Source: Chloroflexota bacterium (GTDB lineage Bacteria; Chloroflexota; Limnocylindria; Limnocylindrales; CSP1-4). Taken from it: DNA of 64,000 nucleotides. The stretch lies in contig CAKKPP010000004.1 in NCBI GenBank assembly GCA_919901745.1, positions 121,818 to 185,817 of the forward strand. The letters run 5' to 3'. Below are positions 8,711-20,877 of this stretch, in pieces. Made by a program: the position numbers and the translations under genes. Positions within the stretch are counted from its first letter, which is position 1, and every line of letters begins with the position of its first letter. The notes below the pieces were generated by a model. That model was given only the letters and a program-made list of their open reading frames with translations. It was not told the origin of the DNA and did no database searches.

Positions 8711-9151
8711 TCAGCCTTCGAGCTTGGCCTTGATGCAATCGAACGTCTGGCCGACGATCTTGTTGGCCGTACCCTCCATGAGGCGCGCCCCGACTCCAGC
8801 GAGCGAGCCCGAGATGTCGACCTCCGCCGACCAGTCCATCGTCGTCGGTCCCTCCGGCGGGCCGGACAGCAGCATCGAACCGACTGCGTCGACCGCACTT
8901 CCGGGGGCCTGACCGCTCGCCTTGATCACGGCCTTGTCCGGCGCCGTCAGCTCCGCGAACGTCATGTTCACCACGAACTTCGCGCTGATGAACCCGACGC
9001 CGACCTTCGCCCGCACCTTGAAGTTCGCTGCGTCGATGATCTCCACCGATTCGACACCAGGACCGCACGAACTCACCTTGTCGGGGTCAATCAGGAAGGC
9101 CCACGTCCTGGCGCGGGGGGCGTCGATCTGGACGGTGCCGGAAAACAGCAT
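8711..9151 (-). CDS. coxG: SRPBCC/CoxG family protein (CO dehydrogenase subunit G)
   Basis: 146 aa. CoxG-like sequence (MLFSGTVQIDAPRARTWAFLIDPDKV...). Positioned at the end of the form I cox operon. Confidence 0.75.
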   Translation of the reverse strand: MLFSGTVQIDAPRARTWAFLIDPDKVSSCGPGVESVEIIDAANFKVRAKVGVGFISAKFVVNMTFAELTAPDKAVIKASGQAPGSAVDAVGSMLLSGPPEGPTTMDWSAEVDISGSLAGVGARLMEGTANKIVGQTFDCIKAKLEG

Positions 9152-10211
9152 GGATCACTCCGTGGTGGGGACGAGGATCAGGCTTCGGAGGATACCGAAC
9201 CCGGGACGAACGCGGCCGGCTCGCGAACGAACCGGGTCCGGCAGCCGAGACTGCAGAAGGCGTAGATCGTGCCGGCATGTTCCGCAAGATGACGCGCGTG
9301 CGCCGGGTCGACGGTCATCCCGCAGACAGGATCGAGGTACACGACGTCATCGGTTGCGCCGAGGGGCGGCGCCGTGCGGCCCGGCTCGGTCCCGGCCATC
9401 GTCGCGGGTCCAGGGGCCGCCACGAACTCCGCCCGGCCGCGACGCACCTGCACGAGCTCGGCGAGGATCGAGAGCGCGACCTCCTCGGCGGTCTCGGCGC
9501 CGATGTCCATTCCGGCCGGCGCCCGGAGCGCGGCCAATCGGTCATCGGGGATCCGCTCCTCGCTGCGCAGGTACTCGCGAACGACGGCGGCGCGAGTGGG
9601 TGAAGCGACGAGGCCCACGTACGCGGCCTCGCGACGGAGCGCGGCGCTGACCGCCTCCTCGTCCCACTGACCCTGCGTGGCGACCACGACATACGGGACG
9701 ACGCCGGGATCGAGGCGGCGCAGGTTCGTCTCGGCCGACACGCGCTCGGCCGTGGGAAACGCGGAAGGATCCGCGACCGGATCGAACACGGACACGCGAT
9801 ACCCGGCCGCCGCACCCAACGACACGAGGGCCTGCGCGATGGGCGTGGTCCCGGCGATCCACAGGACGGGAGCGGGCAGATGCGGTTCCACGTAGATCTC
9901 CAGTGTCCCGCCGGAGTGGCAGGTCATGACGAGTTCGACAACCCCATCGGCGCGGCGGCCCAGGGACGGCGGGTCCCTGGACAGGCGCAGCAGGCGCGGC
10001 AATCCATCGCCCAGCGCAAGGAGCGCCTCGCGGACGACCACGGGCTGGGCGCACGAGCCCCCGACCCAGCCCTCGATCGTGCCGTCCGGGTGGACGATTC
10101 CGTGCGCCCCCGGGCGCGCCGAGGTGGGCCGCTGCACCGCCACCACCGTGGCGAGCGCGAACGACCGTCCCTCGGCCTCGAGGGCGCCGACGCGGGCGAA
10201 GAGGGAGCGGC

Positions 10212-12599
<2,388 letters not shown>

Positions 12600-12614
12600 C
12601 TCGTCACTCCCCTG

Positions 12615-13124
12615 TCAGCTCGCCGCGGCCGGCTCGGCCGGTGCGGATTCGGCGGCCTGCATCTGCTGGGCAGCCTGCTGGATGGACTTCACGATGTTCA
12701 CGTAGCCGGTGCAGCGACAAAGATTGCCACTGATCCCCTCGCGGATCTCCGCCTCGGAGGGATCCGGGTTCTGCTCGAGGAGCCAGGCCGATTGCATGAT
12801 CATCCCCGGGGTGCAGAAGCCGCACTGGAGGCCGTGCTGGTCCCAGAACGCCTGCTGGAGCGGATGAAGGTCGGCTCCGTTGGCCATCCCTTCGATCGTC
12901 TTGATCGTCGATCCATTGGCCTGGACGGCGAGCATCGTGCACGACTTGGCGCTGACCCCATCGACATGGACGGTGCACGCGCCGCAGTTGCTCGTGTCGC
13001 ATCCCACGTGCGTGCCGGTAAGGCCGAAGTTCTCGCGCAGAAGATGGACGAGGAGCAGGCGCGGTTCCACATCGGCTTCGCGGACCTCGCCGTTGACGGT
13101 GACGCTGACGTGTTGGGTGGTCAT
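12615..13124 (-). CDS. coxS: CO dehydrogenase small subunit, 2x[2Fe-2S] (CoxS)
   Basis: 169 aa. Cysteine clusters [11 protein letters not shown] and CGFCTPG...CRCTGY. Confidence 0.9.
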   Translation of the reverse strand: MTTQHVSVTVNGEVREADVEPRLLLVHLLRENFGLTGTHVGCDTSNCGACTVHVDGVSAKSCTMLAVQANGSTIKTIEGMANGADLHPLQQAFWDQHGLQCGFCTPGMIMQSAWLLEQNPDPSEAEIREGISGNLCRCTGYVNIVKSIQQAAQQMQAAESAPAEPAAAS

Positions 13125-13140
13125 CTCGGTTCGTCCTCCG

Positions 13141-14010
13141 TCAGGCGCCGGCGCGCTGGAGCGCTGCGCGGATGGCTCGGGTGGTCATCTCCGCGACCAT
13201 GGCTCGCTTGTAGTCGGCCGGGCCGTGGCTGTCGGTCACAGGCTTGCTCTGCTTTGAGGCCATGGCAGCCGCCTCCTGGATCACTTCATTGCCCGGTCTG
13301 GCGTCCGTGAGGACCTTTTCGGCCTCGGTGGCGGCGAACGGTGCATCGGCGACTGCCGTCAAACCAATCCCGATGGAGGCGATCCGGCCGTCGTCGCTCA
13401 GCGCAAGCTGGACGGCGACGCCCACTGTCGAGAAGTCGCCGGCACGTCGCTCGAGCTTCTTGTACGCCCCGCCGCCGTTCCGTGCCGGGTGCGGGATCCG
13501 CACCTCGGTCAGCACCTCGGTCGGCTCGATCTGGGTGACGAAAGTGTCGAGGAAGAAGCCGCGCACGGGCATGACCCGCTCGCCGCCGGCACTGCGCAGG
13601 ACGACCGACGCGCCGAGCGCGAGAAGCACCGCCGGCCAATCCGACGATGGATCTGCGTGGGCGACCGATCCACCGATGGTGCCCCAGTTGCGGACCTGCG
13701 GATCGCCGATGCCGACGGCCGCCTCGCGCATGATCGGGAGCGACCGGGCGAGGCCCTCGTCCTCCTGGATCCGTTTGTGGGTCACGCGACCACCGATCCG
13801 GATGTCATCGTCGGTGTGGACGATGCCGTCGAGCCCGCCGACATCGCGGAGGTCGACCAGCAACTCGGGTTGCGCGAGCCTCAGTTTGAGGAGGGGCAGG
13901 AGGCTGTAGCCCCCCGACAACAGCTTGGCCTCTCCCTGGCGATCCCGCAGGATCCCCAGGACCTCGTCGAGATCCGCCGGCCTGACGTAGTCGAATGCCG
14001 CTGGGATCAC
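13141..14010 (-). CDS. coxM: CO dehydrogenase medium subunit, FAD-binding (CoxM)
   Basis: FAD_binding_5/CO_deh_flav_C ([16 protein letters not shown]...[14 protein letters not shown]...). GTG 14010 with AGGAGG 7 nt upstream. The track ORF extends to 14292 without RBS support. Confidence 0.85.
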   Translation of the reverse strand: MIPAAFDYVRPADLDEVLGILRDRQGEAKLLSGGYSLLPLLKLRLAQPELLVDLRDVGGLDGIVHTDDDIRIGGRVTHKRIQEDEGLARSLPIMREAAVGIGDPQVRNWGTIGGSVAHADPSSDWPAVLLALGASVVLRSAGGERVMPVRGFFLDTFVTQIEPTEVLTEVRIPHPARNGGGAYKKLERRAGDFSTVGVAVQLALSDDGRIASIGIGLTAVADAPFAATEAEKVLTDARPGNEVIQEAAAMASKQSKPVTDSHGPADYKRAMVAEMTTRAIRAALQRAGA

Positions 14011-14355
14011 GCGCGCGCCTCCTCTCAAGTTCGAGCGAGAGCGGCGACTGGCACGCCCAGTGCGGCCAGCGCAACTCATGACGGGGGGCAGTCTCGGGGC
14101 CGACGGCCAGGGTCGCGAATCGGGCGACACGGCTGACGATCTCGGGGCTTTGCAGGGTACCCGACGAGGATAGGCCGAGGTCGTTTCGGCGTCAACGAGT
14201 AAGAGCCACTGGAGGTCCATACGTATCGATCGGCGTGCCGGATCTGGCGCTCGGTGCGGATCGACGGCCGAAGGGCTCGGGATGCGCGGCAACGCGCCCG
14301 GGTCCGCTGCAACGGGCCCGGGCGCGTCCCCCTGGAAGGAGAGATCGTGGAGCCG

Positions 14356-15132
14356 TCAGTTGCGAAGGGCGCGCAGCGCGTCAATGACGGCCTTCGCATC
14401 GGCGCGAGCCGCGCGGAGTTCCTCGCGCGCCTGTCGAAGGTCGCGACGCGCCTCGTCCAGGATCGGCTTGGCCGTGCCGTCGTTCCAATCGGCCGGCGTG
14501 AGCTCGAGGACCTTGTCGGCGAGGCCATCGACCAGCTTCTCGGCCGCGGCCACGTGCCGGTTCATCGAAGCGAGGGCTTCCTCGGCCGTCGCCGTATCGT
14601 GGCCGGCAGCCTTCGCCCGCTCGATGTAGCCGGTCGCCTTCTCGTCGAAGGCGTCGAAGCGCCGGCCGATCGCGATCACGGCATCCGCCGCGTTCGTGAG
14701 GTGGGCCTGCGGGATCACGAGCACGTAGACCCGGAAGTCGTGAGCGATCCGGCGGAGGTCCGCGGTGAGCTCGGCGAGATCGGTGTCACCGTGGATCTCG
14801 GCACGGAGCGCGCGGAGGCCCTGCGTGGTGCTGTCGATGATCCGCAGGACCGTGGTCTGGTGACCGTCCGTCATCACGACCGAGGCAACCACGCGAGCCC
14901 GGACCGTGCCGAGATCGTCGATCCGGCGATCGATCTCGCAGTCGCCGAGAGCAATCCCTTCGGCGATCGTCGGATCGTTGCTGAAGGCACGCCACGCCTC
15001 GGCGCAGCGACCCTCGCGTGCGGCGGTCTGGCCACGCGCCGGCTCCTCGGCGGCCAGCGTCGGGACGGCGCTCGCCGCGAGGACGAGGCCGGCGAGGGCG
15101 ATTGACAGGATGCGGCTGAAATGTCGGTTCAT
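14356..15132 (-). CDS. Secreted hypothetical protein (signal peptide, alpha-helical)
   Basis: ATG 15132 (MNRHFSRILSIALAGLVLAASAVPTLAAEEP) with GGAAGGGAA RBS. ATGA overlap with the upstream lipoprotein gene. No recognisable domain. Confidence 0.6.
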   Translation of the reverse strand: MNRHFSRILSIALAGLVLAASAVPTLAAEEPARGQTAAREGRCAEAWRAFSNDPTIAEGIALGDCEIDRRIDDLGTVRARVVASVVMTDGHQTTVLRIIDSTTQGLRALRAEIHGDTDLAELTADLRRIAHDFRVYVLVIPQAHLTNAADAVIAIGRRFDAFDEKATGYIERAKAAGHDTATAEEALASMNRHVAAAEKLVDGLADKVLELTPADWNDGTAKPILDEARRDLRQAREELRAARADAKAVIDALRALRN

Positions 15133-15560
15133 GGCAGGTTCCCTTCCGAGCCGGGTTCGCCGGCTCCAAGTGCGCTGTCGAGGGTGGACAGGGTGGCGTC
15201 GAGATCGGCGAATGAGCCGGCATCGAATGGGGGCAGCGGCCCGGGCGTGGGCGCGGCGGATGCCCCACCGGCCGGAGCCGGAGTTCCCGCCGTGCCGGAC
15301 ACTGCGGCGGCGCTCCCGCTGCCGGCACCCGGGCCGGCATCGATCGAATCCAGTTCGGATCCGGCCAGCCACGCGTCGAGTTCGGCCGCCAGGTCCTCAT
15401 CGGCGGCAGCGTCGACTGGACCTGAACCCGTGGGTGTGGGATCGGCGTCGGAGGCGGCCCCTGCGCCGCGGTTGGTTCGGTCGAGCCCGCCACAGCCCAC
15501 GACGGCCACGGCGAGGAGCGCCGTGCCCGCGAACCGGAGCATCGACCCGGTAACGGTCAT
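15129..15560 (-). CDS. Putative lipoprotein, low-complexity acidic/Gly-Ala-rich
   Basis: N-terminus MTVTGSMLRFAGTALLAVAVVGCGG is lipobox-like. The remainder is a D/A/G/P-rich, likely disordered region. Confidence 0.5.
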   Translation of the reverse strand: MTVTGSMLRFAGTALLAVAVVGCGGLDRTNRGAGAASDADPTPTGSGPVDAAADEDLAAELDAWLAGSELDSIDAGPGAGSGSAAAVSGTAGTPAPAGGASAAPTPGPLPPFDAGSFADLDATLSTLDSALGAGEPGSEGNLP

Positions 15561-15839
15561 CTTCGTGTTCTCCCTTGCGGTTCGATGGACCCATCGATCC
15601 GGAGATCGGCCGGCTCGACATCGCTACCGTGCCGGAGGGACCCGATGGGCTCCACCACCGGGACACGGGGAGATGTAAGGGCTCGGTAAGCTCGCCGGGG
15701 GGTTGGGAGGCTTCCCGACGGGTCGGGTACATCGCGGTGCGGTCGCCGGCGCCGGGCCGGCGTCCAGCACCCGGCCGCCATCGACGGAGGCGATTCCGAA
15801 GGGCCGGACCTCAAAGGTTCCGGACGTTGACTCCCGGGG

Positions 15840-17333
15840 TCAGGACTGGACGTGCGGCTCCCACGTCACGACGCCGACGGCCATCGGGAGCACGCCGCGC
15901 AGCGAAACGGTGCCGTCGGCGCCCGAGTCGAGCAGTTCGTCGACGGCCGACTCGAAGCGCCGTGCCTTCGGGCCCTCGATGTCGATCCAGAGCTGCCGGA
16001 GGAGGAACCCTTCGAGTTCGCTCCGCGATGCGAAACGACGCGCCTCGCGCTCCATCATGCGAACCTGCGGGTCGCGTCCCCGGGCTCGCAGGAGCTCCAC
16101 GAAGTCCGGGAGCGCGGGAAGCGGGATCCGGGCCTCGCCATGGACGAGCGGCCAGCACGGATCGGCGAGTGATGCCGGCTGGCGCTCCATCAGGATCGCC
16201 ACGCACAGGCGCCTCGCGGCTGCCTCCATGGCATCGATGAACGGGCCGATGGCCTCGACGTCGTACGAGACGTGGGCGATGAGCGAGACGTCCACGGCCG
16301 GGAGGGGACCGATCGCCGCGGCGAGCGCATCGCCCGGGGCCGGTGGCCAGCGGCCTTCGACAACCTCGATATTCGCGATGCCGTACTCCGCCATGCCTTC
16401 GCCGAGTGCCCCGAGCATCCCACGCGACGGATCGACGGCGATCACCCGCCGGACCCGAAGCGCCAGGGGCAGGGCATAGCGACCCGCCCCGGCGCCGATG
16501 TCGAGCCAGGTTTCGTCGGATTCAGCGAGCTCGACGAGGGCGACGAGGACGCTCTCATCCGTCCGACGCGGATCGGCCCGGAACAGACCGGTGACCGGCG
16601 CGTAGAAGTCCGCGCCGTCGGGCCTCTCACGGAGACGGTCCACCTGGCCCCGGTTGGCCCGGACGCGATCGGCCCATGCCCGCTCGGCGAGGGTCGCCAG
16701 ATCGGCGCGAGCGTCGATGTCGGGGTTGTCGCCGTCCACGGGGACCTCGTGGACGACGTCCGGGTGCGCCTCGAGGACGGGTCCGAGCCCGCGATCGCCG
16801 GCTGTCTCGTCGATCAGGCGGAACGCCTCGCGACCCAGCAGCACCGGGTTCCGGCCACGGTCGTTTGCATAGCGCGGCACGACGACGGGCCGCTCCGGAT
16901 CGCGCGTCGCATTGACGAGCGCACGGATCGTCGCCGGCGAGATGAGCGGTTGATCGCCGAGCGCCACGAGGATCGCGTCGGGGGTTGGGCTCCCATCCGT
17001 CCCCGCCTCCGCCTTGGCGGCCCGAGCCAGCGCTGCGAATCCGATCCGGAGCGAGCTCGCGAGTCCCGCCGCCGGGTCGGGGTTTCGAATGCGCCGCTCG
17101 GCGCGCCACTCGATGCCGCCTTCGATGCGCTCCGCATCCGTACCCAGGACGACGACGACGTCCGCGATCCCCGCCTCGGCGATCGCATCGAGCACGTGCT
17201 GGAGGATCCGCCGGCCGCCGACGGCCGCGAGGAGCTTCCCGCCCCCGAATCGCGAACCCGCGCCCGCCGCCAGGACGACGGCCGCGAGACGTCCGCCGGC
17301 CGGCTCAGCCACCTGCGATCCGCGTGGCCTCAT
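15840..17333 (-). CDS. Fusion: MocA-like molybdenum-cofactor cytidylyltransferase (N) + class I SAM-dependent methyltransferase (C)
   Basis: N-domain AAVVLAAGAGSRFGGGKLLAAVGGRRIL...VVVVLG (MobA/MocA NTP-transferase). C-domain LDIGAGAGRYALPLALRVRRVIAVDPSRGML (methyltransferase motif I). Start taken as ATG 17333 (MRPRGSQ). GTG 17312 is an alternative. The track ORF runs to 17612, antisense over xdhC. Confidence 0.75.
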   Translation of the reverse strand: MRPRGSQVAEPAGGRLAAVVLAAGAGSRFGGGKLLAAVGGRRILQHVLDAIAEAGIADVVVVLGTDAERIEGGIEWRAERRIRNPDPAAGLASSLRIGFAALARAAKAEAGTDGSPTPDAILVALGDQPLISPATIRALVNATRDPERPVVVPRYANDRGRNPVLLGREAFRLIDETAGDRGLGPVLEAHPDVVHEVPVDGDNPDIDARADLATLAERAWADRVRANRGQVDRLRERPDGADFYAPVTGLFRADPRRTDESVLVALVELAESDETWLDIGAGAGRYALPLALRVRRVIAVDPSRGMLGALGEGMAEYGIANIEVVEGRWPPAPGDALAAAIGPLPAVDVSLIAHVSYDVEAIGPFIDAMEAAARRLCVAILMERQPASLADPCWPLVHGEARIPLPALPDFVELLRARGRDPQVRMMEREARRFASRSELEGFLLRQLWIDIEGPKARRFESAVDELLDSGADGTVSLRGVLPMAVGVVTWEPHVQS

Positions 17334-18450
17334 CCGTGACGCGAGTCGCGGCTGCCGCGCGGGTCCGCATCGGGGCACCGCTGCCCCCATAGCGGGTGGC
17401 AACGATCTCGGCCATGACCGCGAGCGCGGTCTCGGCCGGGGCGCGACCGCCGAGGTCCAGGCCCACCGGCCCACGCAACCGGGCGAGGTCGTCCGCCCCC
17501 ACCCCGGCCGCACGGAGTCGCTCGTGCCGATCCGACTGCGTCTTGCGCGAGCCGACCGCGCCCACGTAGCGACATCCGCGGCGAAGCGCCTCGGTGATCG
17601 CCGGCTCGTCAAACTTCACGTCGTGGCTCAGGACGGCGACCGCGTCGTTCGGACCCAGGCCGATCTCGTCGGCAACCTCGTCGGGCCAGCCGACGACCAG
17701 CCGGTCTGCAGTCGGGAAGCGATCCGGAGTGATGAACGCCGCGCGGCCATCGACGACCACCGTCTCGTAGCCCAGTTCGCCGGCCAGGCGAACGAGCGAG
17801 CGAGCGACCTCGACGGCACCCACGATGACGAGCCGCGGCCGGACCGGAAAAGCTTCCAGGAACAGCGAGGCACCCCCCAGCTCGATGGTTCGCGAGATCC
17901 CGCGCAACAGGGCGTCCTCGGATGCCTTGAGGAGCGCCTGGTCCAGTTCGTCCGAGCCCAGGGTCTCCGACGCGTCTCCGCCGTCGCTGATCATGATCGG
18001 GGGCGCCGGGGGCGCTCCCTCGCCCGGTGGGTGGGCGCCGAACGCAGGGGGTGGCGAATCGGACGGCAGCGGAATCGCGACCACGGCGCCGTGGCCGTCC
18101 CGCTCGATCGATGTCATCGCGGCCGCAACGGCCTCGGCCGGCACCAGAGGCTGGATGAGGACGTCGATCGTGCCACCACAGGCCAGGCCGACGTCCCAGG
18201 CCTCCTCGTCGCTGATCCCGTAGCGGACGACGCGAGCATGCCCGGTCTTGCGAGCTCGCTCGATCTCTTCGGCCGCGGCCCCCTCCACGCAGCCGCCACT
18301 CACCGACCCGGCGATCCGCCCATCGTCGGCTCGGAGCAGGACCGCCCCCTCCGGGCGCGGTGCCGATCCGAACGTCCGAACAACGACGGCCCGCCCGATC
18401 CCGATGCCTTCGGCCTGCCACGCAGCCAGCGTGTCGAGCAGCTCCTTCAT
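17305..18450 (-). CDS. XdhC/CoxF-family accessory protein (MCD maturation)
   Basis: XdhC_CoxI N-domain (GRAVVVRTFGSAPRPEGAVLLRADDGRIAGSVSGGCVE) and XdhC_C Rossmann (RLVIVGAVEVARSLVRLAGELGYETVVVDGR). Confidence 0.8.
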   Translation of the reverse strand: MKELLDTLAAWQAEGIGIGRAVVVRTFGSAPRPEGAVLLRADDGRIAGSVSGGCVEGAAAEEIERARKTGHARVVRYGISDEEAWDVGLACGGTIDVLIQPLVPAEAVAAAMTSIERDGHGAVVAIPLPSDSPPPAFGAHPPGEGAPPAPPIMISDGGDASETLGSDELDQALLKASEDALLRGISRTIELGGASLFLEAFPVRPRLVIVGAVEVARSLVRLAGELGYETVVVDGRAAFITPDRFPTADRLVVGWPDEVADEIGLGPNDAVAVLSHDVKFDEPAITEALRRGCRYVGAVGSRKTQSDRHERLRAAGVGADDLARLRGPVGLDLGGRAPAETALAVMAEIVATRYGGSGAPMRTRAAAATRVTDEATRIAGG

Positions 18451-19865
18451 GACGTCATGCTACGCCCGGGCGCTCCGAGCAGGCGACGCGCTGCCGCGGG
18501 ATCCGTGGTGGGCGCCATCGGCTCGGGTCGGCCCTGGAAGCCAGGCACCTCGACGGCCGACCCGGCCAGATGTGGCATCGCGTGGGCGGCGATCTCGGCG
18601 TGGCGACCCGTGTCCTGGGTGCGGACACCCGCGAGGATCTGCCCGAGGCGCTCCAGGCTGGCGACCGTGCCCGCCGGCAGGAAGTCGTCGATGAACGGGT
18701 AGGCGGCCTTCATCCCGGCGGCCAGCGGTTGGTACCCGAACGTCCCCGCAAGCGGGTTCAGCCAGACCAGGCGATGACAGTTGCGCCGGAGGCGGGCCGT
18801 TTCCTCGGCCACGAGCGCCGGATCGCCGCGGTCCCAGCCGTCGGAGATGACGATGACCACGCCGCTCGTCCGGAGCGAGCGCCGCGCCCAGCGCAGGTTG
18901 AACTCGCGAAAGGATTCACCGATCCGCGTGCCGCCGGCCCAGTCGTTCACGGCGTCGGCCACGCGGGCAAGGGCACGGTCGCGGTCGCGGTCGCGCAGGA
19001 GGCGCGTGACGCGCGTGAGCCGCGTCCCGAAGACGAAGGCCTCGGTCTTGACGTCGCTCGAGGCGGCGAGCGCCTGGATGAACCGGAGCAGCAGGCGCGA
19101 GTGACGCTCCATCGAACCCGAGATGTCGCAGATCACGACGATCGGGCGCGGCCGGCGGACCGGGCGGCGCCAGACCCAGTCCAGCATCTGGCCCCCCGTC
19201 GACATGTTGCGGCGGAACATCGCTCGCGGGGCGAGGCGGCGGCCGTGGGGATGGAGTTCGTAGCGTCGGGTGCGGCGTAGCTCGAGGCGTGGGGTCAGGA
19301 GATCCACGAGTCGTTCGGCGTCGCGAACTTCGGCCGGGGTCATCCGATCGAACTCGCGGTGGCGGATGACCTCGGTGGCGCTGAAGGCGTCGGGCGCGAT
19401 CGTGACCCCGTCGACCGCTTCCTCGTCGGTCGCGTCCTCGTCATCCTTCGACGCCAGCGGCTGTCCGACGTCGGCCCGTGCCTTGACGGCCTCGTCGCCG
19501 ACCCCGGGTTCGTTCTCGCCGTCCTCCCCCGCCTCCAGGTCGGCATCCGTCTTCTCGGGGCGCGTCGCCACGGGTGGTTCGCCCGGCCAGGACCCGCGCC
19601 GGCGCCAGTAGCGATCGAAGATCAGGTCGTAGGTGGGTCGATCGTCCCGTCGGCGGATGAACACGGCCGCGCCGGCCGCCTTGACCTGCGCGCGATCGCC
19701 CAGATCGATGACCTCCAGAGCCCGCGCGAAGTCCTGCGCGGCGCCCAGGTCCGTCGACAGCCCGGCGCGCCGGAGCGCCCGCCCGAACCCGACCGCCTGG
19801 CGGAGCATCCGCCGCCCGTCGATCTCCTCACCGCGCGGCGTCCGGGCGAATGCCGGATCGGTCAC
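18447..19865 (-). CDS. coxE: VWA-domain protein CoxE
   Basis: MIDAS motif IVVICDISGSM, followed by TRIGESF..VIVISDGWDRGD. ATGA overlap with the downstream xdhC. Confidence 0.8.
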   Translation of the reverse strand: MTDPAFARTPRGEEIDGRRMLRQAVGFGRALRRAGLSTDLGAAQDFARALEVIDLGDRAQVKAAGAAVFIRRRDDRPTYDLIFDRYWRRRGSWPGEPPVATRPEKTDADLEAGEDGENEPGVGDEAVKARADVGQPLASKDDEDATDEEAVDGVTIAPDAFSATEVIRHREFDRMTPAEVRDAERLVDLLTPRLELRRTRRYELHPHGRRLAPRAMFRRNMSTGGQMLDWVWRRPVRRPRPIVVICDISGSMERHSRLLLRFIQALAASSDVKTEAFVFGTRLTRVTRLLRDRDRDRALARVADAVNDWAGGTRIGESFREFNLRWARRSLRTSGVVIVISDGWDRGDPALVAEETARLRRNCHRLVWLNPLAGTFGYQPLAAGMKAAYPFIDDFLPAGTVASLERLGQILAGVRTQDTGRHAEIAAHAMPHLAGSAVEVPGFQGRPEPMAPTTDPAAARRLLGAPGRSMTS

Positions 19866-19921
19866 TGGACGGTCATCGTCGCGGCCGGGTCGTCGTGCCG
19901 CCGCTGTTCATGCGCAGATGC

Positions 19922-20848
19922 TCAGCGCTGGGCCGACGTCTCAGCGAGATAGCGGCGCGCGTTCGTCCCGCGCACGCCCCGGACGTCTTCCTCGTACTTG
20001 AGCACGACGCCGAGCGTCTCGTCGACCATCTCGGGCGTCAGTTCCTTCGCCCCGAGAGCGAGGAGGGCAGCGGCCCAATCGAGGGTCTCGGCGATCCCCG
20101 GCACCTTCGTGAGGTCGGCCTCGCGCAGACGATGGACGAATGAGACGACGGCGCGGGCGAGCGACTCGGGGGCGTTCGGAACGCGGGCGAGGACGATCTC
20201 GAACTCCTTGTCCGCCGAGGGGTAGTCGATCCAGTGGTACAGGCATCGCCGCTTCAGCGCGTCGTGGACCTCGCGCGTCCGGTTCGAGGTGAGGATCACT
20301 CGTGGCGGCCGCACCGCCCGGATCGTGCCGATCTCGGGGACGGTGACCTGGTAGTCGGACAGGATCTCGAGGAGGTACGCCTCGAACTCCTCGTCGGCGC
20401 GATCGATCTCGTCGATGAGCAGGACGGGCGGCTCGCCTTCGGTCCCGTCGGTCCCGTTCGCCTCGAGCGCCTGCAGGAGCGGACGCTTGATCAGGAAGTC
20501 CGGACCGAAGATGTCGTGGGCGGTGGCGTGGTCGGCCGCCCCGCGCGCCTCCATGAGCCGGATCTCGAGCATCTGGCGCGGATAGTTCCACTCGTAGACG
20601 GCGTTGTTGACGTCGAGCCCCTCGTAGCACTGGAGCCGGATGAGCCTCGTCCCGAGGCTCGCCGCGAGGACCTTGGCCAGTTCGGTCTTGCCGACGCCCG
20701 CCTCGCCCTCGAGGAGCAGCGGCTTGTCGAGCCGCAGCGAGAGGAAGACCGATGTTGCAAGCGCCCGGTCGGCGATGTAATCGCGCTCGCGGAACGCGGC
20801 CGTGATCGCGGCGGCGGAGTCCAGATCGGCCGGGACGTTCGTGGTCAT
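19922..20848 (-). CDS. coxD: MoxR-type AAA+ ATPase CoxD
   Basis: Walker A LLLEGEAGVGKTELAKVLA, Walker B VLLIDEIDRADEE. MoxR-like length of 308 aa. Confidence 0.85.
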   Translation of the reverse strand: MTTNVPADLDSAAAITAAFRERDYIADRALATSVFLSLRLDKPLLLEGEAGVGKTELAKVLAASLGTRLIRLQCYEGLDVNNAVYEWNYPRQMLEIRLMEARGAADHATAHDIFGPDFLIKRPLLQALEANGTDGTEGEPPVLLIDEIDRADEEFEAYLLEILSDYQVTVPEIGTIRAVRPPRVILTSNRTREVHDALKRRCLYHWIDYPSADKEFEIVLARVPNAPESLARAVVSFVHRLREADLTKVPGIAETLDWAAALLALGAKELTPEMVDETLGVVLKYEEDVRGVRGTNARRYLAETSAQR

Positions 20849-20877
20849 CAGGGCGCGAGTCTACCGCGTGGCATCGA

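Noticed and set aside
14076-14528. 150-aa minus-strand ORF in the coxM leader
   Set aside because: Ser/Arg/Pro-rich. It overlaps the secreted-protein gene 3' end. No RBS or motif.
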